A stretch of 63,341 nt of DNA, counting the filler, from Octopus bimaculoides (Eukaryota): the NCBI RefSeq assembly GCF_001194135.2. It is 4 parts of 4 records of this genome, joined end to end, with 100 filler letters (N's around TTAATTAATTAA, not from the genome) between each part and the next. Parts side by side here need not be neighbours in the genome. Positions count along the whole stretch, not along the records: positions 43,982 to 63,341 come from NW_026349933.1; 3 more parts are not named here. One strand, 5' to 3'. The notes beneath the pieces were generated by a model. It was not told where the DNA came from. It did not search any database and saw only the letters and a program-made list of their open reading frames with translations. The position numbers were made by a program, and so were the translations under genes. Shown one piece after another: positions 49,901-61,900 of this stretch; position 1 is the first letter of the stretch; every line of letters begins with the position of its first letter.

Positions 49901-52900
49901 NNNNNNNNNNNNNNNNNNNNNNNNNNNNNNNNNNNNNNNNNNNNNNNNNNNNNNNNNNNNNNNNNNNNNNNNNNNNNNNNNNNNNNNNNNNNNNNNNNNN
50001 NNNNNNNNNNNNNNNNNNNNNNNNNNNNGAGAGAGAGGGCGAGAGAAGGAGAGAGGGCGTGAGAGAGAGACACATTGAGAGAGAGAAAGACAGAGAGAAA
50101 GAGATATTCAGAGAGAGATAGAGAAACAGAGAGATAGAGAAACAGAGAGACAGAGAGTCAGAGATTGAAAGAGAGAGACAGAGAGGGGAGGAAAGAGATA
50201 CTTTCCGTTAGTTTCCGTTACGGGAATTATCGGAACCTAACGGAAAGTAACGGAAAGTAACGGAAACTCAGTCTCTCTCGCTCCTCTAAGGAAAGTTATG
50301 GAAACTAACGGAAAGTAACGGAAACTCTGTCTCTCTCGCTCCTCTCTCTTTTGCTGCACTCTCTCTCCCTCTTCTCTCTCTCCCTCTTCCCTCTCTCACC
50401 CTCTTCACTCTCTCTCTCTCTTCTCTCTCTCCCTCTTCTCTCTCTCTTTCTCTCACTCTTCTCTCTCTCCCTCTTCTGTCTCTCTCCCTCCTCTCGCTCC
50501 TCTCTCTCACTCCTCTCTCACTTGCTCCACTCTCTCACTCTCTCGCTCCTCCAGCACTCACTATTCTCTCTCTCTCGCACCTCTCTTTCTCTCGCACTTT
50601 TCTCTCTCTCCTCTCTCTCCCTTGCTCCTCTCTTTCTCGCTATTCTTTTTCTCTCTCGCTCCTCTCTCTCTCTCGCACCTCTCTCTCTCGCTCCTCTCTC
50701 TCTCGCTCTTCTCTCTCTCGCTCCACACTCTCTCTCGTTCCTCTCTTTCCATTGCTCCGCTCTCTCTCGCTCGTCTTTCTCTCTCTGGCTCGTCTTTCTC
50801 TCTCTGGCTCGTCTTTCTCTCTCTCGCTCTCTTCTCCCTCTCCCTCTCCCTACTCTCCCTTGCTCCTCTCCCTCCACTCTCTTGCTCCTCTCCCTCTGCC
50901 TCCTCACTCTCTTGCCCCTATCTCGTTCCTCTCTCTATCTTGCTCGTATCATTTTTGCTCCTCTCTCTGTTGCTCCTCACTCTCTACCGCTCTTACTAAC
51001 GAAAAGTAACTTACAGTAACGGAAACTAACGGAAACTAGCGGAAACTAACGGAAACTAGCGGAAACTAACGGAAAGTAACGGAAAGTAACGGAAACTAGC
51101 GGAAACAAACGGAAAGTAACGGAAACTAAAGGAAAGTAACGTAAACTGACGCAAACCAACGGAAATTAACGGAAACATAGGAAAATCACGGAAAGTATGG
51201 AAGGTAACGGAAACTAACGGAAACTAACGAAAAGTAACGGAAGCCAACGGAAACTAACGGAAACAAACAGAAACTAGCGGGAACGAACGGAAACTGATGA
51301 AAACTAAGGAAAAGTAACGGAAACTAACGGACCCTAACAAGAACTAACGGAAATAACGGAAACTAACGGAAGGTAACGGAAAGTAACGGAAACTAACGGA
51401 AAGTAGCGGGAACGAACGGAAACTGGTGAAAACTAAGGAAAAGTAACGGAAACTAACGGACTCTAACAAGAACTAACGGAAGGTAACGGAAACTAACGGA
51501 AAGGAACGGAAACTAACGGAAAGCAACGGAAACTAACGGAAAGTAACGGAAACTAACGGAAATTAACGGAAAGTTACGGAAACTAACGGAAAGTAACGTA
51601 AATTAACGGAATCTAACGAAGAGTAACGGAAAGTAACTCTTTCTTGCCCTCTGTCTCTCTCTCTTTCTCTCAGACGCTCTGTTTTCTCTCTGTCTCTGTC
51701 TCTGTCTCTATTTCTGTCTCTCTGTCAACCTCTCTCGAGAGAGAGAGATGGATGTACGTACGTGCCTACGTTAATATGCATGCTCCTCTCACTTGCACTT
51801 CTCTGTCTATCTCGCTCCTCTCACTTTCGCTGCGCTCTCTCTCCCTCTTCTCTCTCTTTCGATAAGCTCTCTCTCTCCCTCTTCTCTCAGTCTCCCTCTT
51901 CTCTCTCTCTACCTCTTCTCTCTCTCCCTCAACTCTCTCTCTCCCTCTTCTCTCTCTCTCGCTCCTCTCTCTCTCGCACATCTCTATCTCTCGCTCCACA
52001 CTTTCTCGCGCTCTTCTCTCTCCCTTGCTCCTCTCTCTCTCTCGCTATTCTGTTTCTCTCTCGCTCCTCTCTCTCTCGCTCCTCTCTTTCCCTTGCTCCT
52101 ATCACTCTCGCTCCCCTTTCTCTCTCTCGCTCCTCTCTCACTCTCCCTCCTCTTTCTCTCTTGCTCCACTTCCTCTTCCTCCTCACTCTCTTGCTCATAT
52201 CTCATTCCTCTCTCTATCTTGCTCCTATCATTTTTACTCTTCTCTCTGTTGCTCCTTTCTCTCTACCGCTCTTACTAACGAAAAGTAACGGAAAGTAACG
52301 GAAACTAAAGGAAAGTCACAGAAACTAACGGAAAGTAAAAGAAACTAACGGAAACTAACGGAAAGTAATGGAAACTAACGTGAAACTAAGGGAAAGTAAC
52401 GGAAACTAATGGAAACTAAGGAAACTAACGATGACGGAAAGTATCGGAAACTAACGGAAAGTAACGGAAACTAACGGGAACTAACGAAAACTAACGATGA
52501 CTCACGGAAACTAACGGAAACACGGACACTAACGGAAAGTAATGGAAAGTAACGGGAAATAATGGAAATTAACGGAAAGTAACGGAAAGTAACGGAAACA
52601 AACGGAAACTAACGGGAAATAACGGAAAGTAATGGAAACTAACGGAAACTAACGGAAACTAAAGGAAACTAACGGAAACTAACGGAAACTAACGGAAACT
52701 TAAGGAAACTTACGTAAAACTAACGGAAACTAACGGAAACTAGGGAAAATCTCGGAAACTGACGGAAAGTAACGGAAAGCAACGGAAACTAACGGAAACT
52801 CACGGAAACTAACGGAAACTAACGAAAAGTAACGGAAACCAACGGAAACAAACCGAAAGTATCGGGAACTAACGGAAAGTAGCGGAAACGAACGGAAACT

Positions 52901-55900
52901 GGTGAAAACTAAGGAAAAGTAACGGAAACTAACAGAAAGTAACGGAAACTAACGGAAACTAACGGAAACTAACGGGAATTCACGGAAACTAGCAGAAAGT
53001 AACGGAAACTAACGGAAATTAACGGAAAGTAACGGAAACTAACGGGAACTAACGGAAAGTAATGGAAAGTAACGGAAACTAACGGAAACTAACGGATACT
53101 AACGGAAAGTAACGGGAACTAACGGAAATTAACGGAAAGTAACGGAAACTAACGGAAAGCAATGGAAACTAACGGAAAGTAACGGAAACTAACGGAAACT
53201 AACGGAAAGTAACGTAAATTAACGGAATCTAACGGAGAGTAACGGAAAGTAACTCTTTCTCGCCCTCTGTCTGTCTCTCTCTCTTTCTCTCAGTCCCTCT
53301 GTTTTCTCTCTGTCTCTGTCTCTGTCTGTATTTCTGTCTCTCTGTCTACCTCTCTCGAGAGAGAGATGGATGTATGTACGTGCCTACGTTAATATGCATG
53401 CTCNNNNNNNNNNNNNNNNNNNNNNNNNNNNNNNNNNNNNNNNNNNNNNNNNNNNNNNNNNNNNNNNNNNNNNNNNNNNNNNNNNNNNNNNNNNNNNNNN
53501 NNNNNNNNNNNNNNNNNNNNNNNNNNNNNNNNNNNNNNNNNNNNNNNNNNNNNNNNNNNNNNNNNNNNNNNNNNNNNNNNNNNNNNNNNNNNNNNNNNNN
53601 NNNNNNNNNNNNNNNNNNNNNNNNNNNNNNNNNNNNNNNNNNNNNNNNNNNNNNNNNNNNNNNNNNNNNNNNNNNNNNNNNNNNNNNNNNNNNNNNNNNN
53701 NNNNNNNNNNNNNNNNNNNNNNNNNNNNNNNNNNNNNNNNNNNNNNNNNNNNNNNNNNNNNNNNNNNNNNNNNCTCTCTTGCTCCACTTCCTCTTCCTCC
53801 ACACTCTCTTGCTCATATCTCATTCCTCTCTCTATCTTGCTCCTATCATTTTTACTCTTCTCTCTGTTGCTCCCTTCTCTCTACCGCTCTTACTAACGAA
53901 AAGTAACGGAAAGTAAAAGAAACTAACGGAAACTAACGGAAAGTAATGGAAACTAACGTAAAACTAAGGGAAAGTAACGGAAACTAATGGAAACTAAGGA
54001 AAGTCACGGAAACTGACGGAAAGTATCGGAAACTAACGGAAACTAACGGGAACTAACGGAAACTAACGATGACTCACGGAAACTAACGGAAACACGGACA
54101 CTAACGGAAAGTAATGGAAAGTAACGGGAAATAACGGAAACTAACGGAAAGTAACGGAAAGTAACGGAAACAAACGGAAACTAACGGGAATAACGGAAAG
54201 TAATGGAAACTAACGGAAACTAACGGAAACTAAAGGAAACTAACGGAAACTAACGGAAAGTGGCGGAAACTTACGTAAAACTAACGGAAACTAACGGAAA
54301 CTAGGGAAAATCTCGGAAACTGACGGAAAGTAACGGAAAGCAACGGAAAGCAACGGAAACTCACGGAAACTAACGGAAACTCACGGAAACTAACGGAAAC
54401 TAACGAAAAGTGACGGAAACCAACGGAAACAAACCGAAAGTATCGGAACTAACGAAAGTAACGGAAACTAACGGAAAGTAGCGGAAACGAACGGAAACTG
54501 GCGAAAACTAAGGAAAAGTAACGGAAACTAACTGACTCTAACGGGAACTAACGGAAATAACGGAAACTAATGGAAGGTAACGCAAAGTAACGGAATCTAA
54601 CGGAAAGTAGCGGGAACGAACGGAAACTGGTGAAAACTAAGGAAAAGTAACGGAAACTAACGGACCCTAACAAGAACTAACGGCAATAACGGAAACTAAC
54701 GGACTCTAACAAGAACTAACGGAAAGTAACGGAAACTAACGGAAAGCAACGGAAATTAACGGTAAGCAACGGAAACTAACGGAAAGCAACGGAAACTAAC
54801 GGAAAGCAACGGAAACTAACGTTAATAACTGAAACTAGCGGAAACGAACTGAAACTAAAGGAACCCTTCGGAAACTAAAGGAAACAAACGGAGATAACAG
54901 AAATAACAGAAAGGAACGGAAACTAACAGAAAGTAATGGAAAGTAACGGAAACTGACGGAAACTAACATTAAGTAACGGAAACTAACGGATACTAACGGA
55001 AAGTAACGGGAACTAACGGAAACTAACAGAAACCTACGAAAATAACGGAAACTAATGGAAAGCAATGGAAACTAACGGAAAGTAACGTAAATTAACGGAA
55101 TCTAACGGAGAGTAACGGAAAGTAACTCTTTCTCGCCCTCTGTCTGTCTCTCTCTCTTTCTCTCAGTCCCTCTGTTTTCTCTCTGTCTCTGTCTCTGTCT
55201 GTATTTCTGTTTCTCTGTCTACCTCTCTCGAGAGAGAGATGGATGTACGTACGTGCCTACGTTAATATGCATGCTCCACTCTCTTGCACTTCTCTGTCTA
55301 TCTCGCTCCTCTCACTTTCGCTGTGCTCTCTCTCCCTCTTCTCTCTCTTTCGATAAGCTCTCTCTCCCTCTTCTCTCAGTCTCCCTCTTCTCTCTCTCTA
55401 CCTCTTCTCTCTCTCCCTCATCTCTCTCTCTCCCTCTTCTCTCTCTCGCACATCTCTCTCTCTCGCTCCACACTCTCTCTCGATCTTCTCTCTCCCTTGC
55501 TCCTCTCTCTCTCTCGCTATTCTGTTTCTCTCTCGCTCCTCTCTCTCTCGCTCCTCTCTTTCCCTTGCTCCTATCACTCTCGCTCCCCTTTCTCTCTCTC
55601 GCTCCTCTCTCACTCTCCCTCCTCTTTCTCTCTTGCTCCACTTCCTCTTCCTACTCACTCTCTTGCTCATATCTCATTCCTCTCTCTATCTTGCTCCTAT
55701 CATTTTTACTCTTCTCTCTGTTGCTCCTTTCTCTGTACCGCTCTTACTAACGAAAAGTNNNNNNNNNNNNNNNNNNNNNNNNNNNNNNNNNNNNNNNNNN
55801 NNNNNNNNNNNNNNNNNNNNNNNNNNNNNNNNNNNNNNNNNNNNNNNNNNNNNNNNNNNNNNNNNNNNNNNNNNNNNNNNNNNNNNNNNNNNNNNNNNNN

Positions 55901-58900
55901 NNNNNNNNNNNNNNNNNNNNNNNNNNNNNNNNNNNNNNNNNNNNNNNNNNNNNNNNNNNNNNNNNNNNNNNNNNNNNNNNNNNNNNNNNNNNNNNNNNNN
56001 NNNNNNNNNNNNNNNNNNNNNNNNNNNNNNNNNNNNNNNNNNNNNNNNNNNNNNNNNNNNNNNNNNNNNNNNNNNNNNNNNNNNNNNNNNNNNNNNNNNN
56101 NNNNNNNNNNNNNNNNNNNNNNNNNNNNNNNNNNNNNNNNNNNNNNNNNNNNNNNNNNNNNNNNNNNNNNNNNNNNNNNNNNNNNNNNNNNNNNNNNNNN
56201 NNNNNNNNNNNNNNNNNNNNNNNNNNNNNNNNNNNNNNNNNNNNNNNNNNNNNNNNNNNNNNNNNNNNNNNNNNNNNNNNNNNNNNNNNNNNNNNNNNNN
56301 NNNNNNNNNNNNNNNNNNNNNNNNNNNNNNNNNNNNNNNNNNNNNNNNNNNNNNNNNNNNNNNNNNNNNNNNNNNNNNNNNNNNNNNNNNNNNNNNNNNN
56401 NNNNNNNNNNNNNNNNNNNNNNNNNNNNGGCGAAAACTAAGGAAAAGTAACGGAAACTAACTGACTCTAACGGGAACTAACGGAAATAACGGAAACTAAT
56501 GGAAGGTAACGCAAAGTAACGGAATCTAACGGAAAGTAGCGGGAACGAACGGAAACTGGTGAAAACTAAGGAAAAGTAACGGAAACTAACGGACCCTAAC
56601 AAGAACTAACGGAAATAACGGAAACTAACGGAAGGTAACGGAAACTAACGGACTCTAACAAGAACTAACGGAAAGTAACGGAAACTAACGGAAAGCAACG
56701 GAAACTAACGTTAATAACTGAAACTAGAGGAAACGAACTGAAACTAAAGGAACCCTTCGGAAACTAAAGGAAAGAAACGGAGATAACAGAAATAACAGAA
56801 AGGAACGGAAACTAACAGAAAGTAAATGAAACTAACGGAAACTAACGGGAACTAACGGGAATTCACGGAAACTAGCAGAGAGTAACGGAAACTAACGGAA
56901 ATTAACGGAAAGTAACGGAAACTAACGGGAACTAACGGAAAGTAATGGAAAGTAACGGAAACTAACGGAAACTAACATTAAGTAACGGAAACTAACATTA
57001 AGTAACGGAAACTAACGGATACTAACGGAAAGTAACGGGAACTAACGGAAACTAACAGAAACCTACGAAAATAACGGAAACTAACGGAAAGCAATGGAAA
57101 CTAACGGAAAGTAACGGAAACTAACGGAAAGTAACGGAAACTAACGGAAATTAACGGAAAGTAACGGAAACTAACGGAAAGTAACGTAAATTAACGGAAT
57201 CTAACGGAGAGTAACGGAAAGTAACTNNNNNNNNNNNNNNNNNNNNNNNNNNNNNNNNNNNNNNNNNNNNNNNNNNNNNNNNNNNNNNNNNNNNNNNNNN
57301 NNNNNNNNNNNNNNNNNNNNNNNNNNNNNNNNNNNNNNNNNNNNNNNNNNNNNNNNNNNNNNNNNNNNNNNNNNNNNNNNNNNNNNNNNNNNNNNNNNNN
57401 NNNNNNNNNNNNNNNNNNNNNNNNNNNNNNNNNNNNNNNNNNNNNNNNNNNNNNNNNNNNNNNNNNNNNNNNNNNNNNNNNNNNNNNNNNNNNNNNNNNN
57501 NNNNNNNNNNNNNNNNNNNNNNNNNNNNNNNNNNNNNNNNNNNNNNNNNNNNNNNNNNNNNNNNNNNNNNNNNNNNNNNNNNNNNNNNNNNNNNNNNNNN
57601 NNNNNNNNNNNNNNNNNNNNNNNNNNNNNNNNNNNNNNNNNNNNNNNNNNNNNNNNNNNNNNNNNNNNNNNNNNNNNNNNNNNNNNNNNNNNNNNNNNNN
57701 NNNNNNNNNNNNNNNNNNNNNNNNNNNNNNNNNNNNNNNNNNNNNNNNNNNNNNNNNNNNNNNNNNNNNNNNNNNNNNNNNNNNNNNNNNNNNNNNNNNC
57801 CACACTCTCTCTCGCTCCTCTCTTTCCCTTGCTCCTATCACTCTCGCTCCCCTTTCTCTCTCTCGCTCCTCTCTCACTCTCCCTCCTCTTTCTCTCTTGC
57901 TCCACTTCCTCTTCCTCCTCACTCTCTTGCTCATATCTCATTCCTCTCTCTATCTTGCTCCTATCATTTTTACTCTTCTCTCTGTTGCTCCTTTCTCTCT
58001 ACCGCTCTTACTAACGAAAAGTAACGGAAACTAACGGAAAATAACGGAAAGTAATGGAAACTAACAAGAACTAACGGAAATAACGGAAACTAACGGAAGG
58101 TAACGGAAACTAACGGACTCTAACAAGAATTAACGGAAAGTAACGGAAACTAACGGAAAGCAACGGAAACTAACGGTAAGCAACGGAAACTAACGGAAAG
58201 CAACGGAAACTAACGTTAATAACTGAAACTAGCGGAAACGAACTGAAACTAAAGGAACCCTTCGGAAACTAAAGGAAACAAACGGAGATAACAGAAATAA
58301 CAGAAAGGAACGGAAACTAACAGAAAGTAAGGGAAACTAACGGAAACTAACGGAACCTAAAGGGAATTCACGGAAACTAGCAGTAAGTAACGGAAACTAA
58401 CGGAAATTAACGGAAAGTAACGGAAACTAACGGGAACTAACATTAAGTAACGGAAACTAACGGATACTAATGGAAAGTAACGGGAACTAACGGAAACTAA
58501 CAGAAACCTACGAAAATAACGGAAACTAACGAAGAGTAACTGAAACTAACGGAAAGTAACGGAAACTAACGTAAAATTAACGGAAAGTAACGGAAACTAA
58601 CGGAAAGTAACGTAAATTAACGGAATTGAACGGAGAGTAACGGAAAGTAACTCTTTCTCGCCCTCTGTCTGTCTCTCTCTCTTTCTCTCAGTCCCTCTGT
58701 TTTCGCTCTGTCTCTGTCTGTATATCTGTCTCTCTGTCTCCCTCTCTCGAGAGAGAGATGGATGTACGTACGTGCCTACGTTAATATGCATGCTCCTCTC
58801 TCTTGCACTTCTCTATCTATCTCGCTCCTCTCACTTTCGCTGCTCTCTCTCTCTTCCTCTTCTCTCTCTTTCGCTAAGCTCTCTCTCTCCCTTTTCTCTC

Positions 58901-61900
58901 AGTCTCCCTCTTCTCTCTCTCTACCTCATATCTCTCTCTCCCTCATCTCTCTCTCTCCCTCTTCTCTCTCTCTCCCTCCTCTCGCTCTTCTCTCTCTCGC
59001 ACATCTCTCTCTCGCTCCACACTCTCTCTCGCTCTTCTCTCTCCCTTGCTCCTATCACTCTCGCTCCCTTTCTCTCTCTCTCCCTCATCTCTCTCTCTCT
59101 CCCTCTTCTCTCTCTCTCCCTCCTCTCGCTCCTCTCTCTCTCGCACATCTCTCTCTCTCGCTCCACACTCTCTCTCGCTCTTCTCTCTCCCTTGCTCCTC
59201 TCTCTCTCGCTATTCTGTTTCTCTCTCGCTCCTCTCTCTCTCCACACTCTCTATAGCTCCTCTCTTTCCCTTGCTCCTATCACTCTCGCTCCCCTTTCTC
59301 TCTCTCGCTCCTCTCTCACTCTCCCTCCTCTTTCTCTCTTGCTCCTCTTCCTCCTCACTCTCTTGCTCATATCTCATTCCTCTCTCTATCATTTTTGCTC
59401 TTCTCTCTGTTGCTCCTTTCTCTCTACCGCTCTTACTAACGAAAAGTAACGGAAAGTAACGGAAACTAACGGAAAGTAACAGAAAGTAACGGAAAGTAAA
59501 AGAAACTAACGGAAACTAACGGAGACTAACGTAAAAAAACGGAAACAAACGGAAACTAACAGAAACTAACGGAAAGTAACGGAAACTAACGGAAAGTAAC
59601 GGAATCTAACGGAAACTAACAGAAACTAACGGGAACTAACGGAAAGTAATGGAAATAATCTGAAAGTAACGAAAACTAACGGAAACTAACGGAAAGTGAC
59701 GAAAACTAACGGAAACTAACGGAAACTAACGTAAAACTAACGGACAGTAACGGAAACTAACGGAAATTAACGAAAACTAACAGAAAGTAAGGGAAACTAA
59801 CGGAAACTAACGGAAACTAATGATAAGTAACGGAAACTAACGGAACGCAGCGGAAACTAACGGAAAGTAATGGAAACTAACGTAAAACTAAGGGGAAGTA
59901 ACGGAAACTAATGGAAACTAAGGAAAGCCACGGAAACTGACTGAAAGTATCGGAAACTAACGGAAAGTTACGGAAGCTAACGGGAACTAACGGAAACTAA
60001 CGGAAACTAACGATGACTCACGGAAACTAACGGAAACACGGATACTAACGGAACGTAATGGAAAGTAACGGAAAATAACGGAAAGTAATGGAAACTAACG
60101 GAAAGTAACGGAAACTAACGGAGACTAAAGGAAACTAACGGAAACTAACGGAAACTAACGGAAAGTGACGGAAACTTACGTAAAACTAACAGAAAGTAAC
60201 GGAAACTAAGGAAATTCACTGAAAATGACGGAAAGTAACGGAAAGCAACGGAAACTAACGGAACCTCACGGAAACTAACGAAAAGTAACGGAAACCAACT
60301 GAAACAATCCGAAAGTGTCGGGAACTAACGGAAACTAACGGAAAGTAGCGGAAACGAACGGAAACTGGCGAAAACTAAGGAAAACAAACGGAAACTAACT
60401 GACTCTAACGGAGATTAACAGAAATAACGGAAACTAACGGAAGGTAACGGAAAGTAACGGAAGGTAACGGAAAGTAACGGAATCTAACGGAGAGCAACGA
60501 AAACTAACGGAAAGCAACGGAAACTAACGGAAATAACGGAAACTACCGGAAACGAACGGGAACTGAAGGAACCCTTCGGAAACTAACGGAAACAAACAGA
60601 GATAAAGGAAATAACAGAAAGGAACGGAAACTAACAGAAAGTAAGGGAAACTAACGGACACTAACCGAAACTATTAGAAAATAACGGAAACTAAAGGAAA
60701 GTAACGGTAAGTAACGGAAACTAACGGAAACTAACGGGAACTAACGGAAACTAACGAAAAATAACGTAAGGCAACGGAAATTAACGGAAACTAACAGAAA
60801 CTAACGGAAAGTAACGGAAACTAACGGAAACTAACGGAAACTAACGGAAACTAACTCTTTCTCGCCCTCTCTGTCTCTCAGTCTCTCTCTTTCACTCAAT
60901 CTCCGTCTCTCTGTCTCTGTCTCTGTCTCTCTGTATTTCTGTCTCTCTGTCTCCCTCTCTCGAGAGAGAGAGGAATGTACATAGGTGCCTACGTTAATAT
61001 GTATGCTCCTCTCTCTTGCTCTTCTCTGTCTCTCTCGTTCTTCTCTTTCGCTGCGATCTCTGTCCCTCTTCTCTATCTTTCGCTGCGCTCTCTCTCTCCC
61101 TCTTCTCTCTCTCTCCCTCCTCTCTCTCTCCCACTTCTCTCTCTCTCACTCTTTTCGCTCCTATCTCTCTCGCACTTCTCGCTCTCTCACGCTCCGCTCT
61201 CTATCACGCTCCGCTCTCTCTCGTTCCTCCCTTTCTCGCTCATCTCTCTCACTCTCGTTTCTCTCTCTCACGCTCCTCTCTCTCAATCGCTCCTCTCTCT
61301 CCCACTCCACTTTGTCTCTCTCTCTCACTCTTTCTCTGCCTCTCATTCTTTTTTCTCTCGCAGACTTTTTCTCTCTCAGACTCTCTCACACCCTCCTCTC
61401 TCTCTCTCCTCTCTCTCGCTCCTCTCTCTCGCTTCTCGCTCACTTGCTCCACTCTCTCTCTCTCGCTCCTCCATCACTCGCTCTACTCTCTCTCTCGCTC
61501 CTCTCTTTCTCTCGCTCCTCTCTTTCTCTCGCTCCTCTCTCTCGCTCCACTCTCGCTTCTCGTTCACTTGCTCCACTCTCTCTTTCTCGCTCCTCCATCA
61601 CTCGCTCTACTCTCTCTCTCGCTCCTCTCTCTCTCGCTCCTCTCTTTCTCTCGCTCCTCTCTCTCGCTCCTCTCTCTCGCTTCTCGCTCACTTGCTCCGC
61701 TCTCTCTCGCTCCTCCATCACTCGATCTACTCTCTCTCCCGCTCCTCTCTCTATCTATCGCTCCTCTCTTTCTCTCGCTCTTTTGTGTCTATCGCTCTTC
61801 TTTGTCTCTCTCGCTCTCTTTCTCTCAGTCGCTCCTCTCTCCCTCCTCATTCACTTTCTCGCTCCTCTCTCCCTCCTCATTCTCTCTTGCGCCTCTCCCT

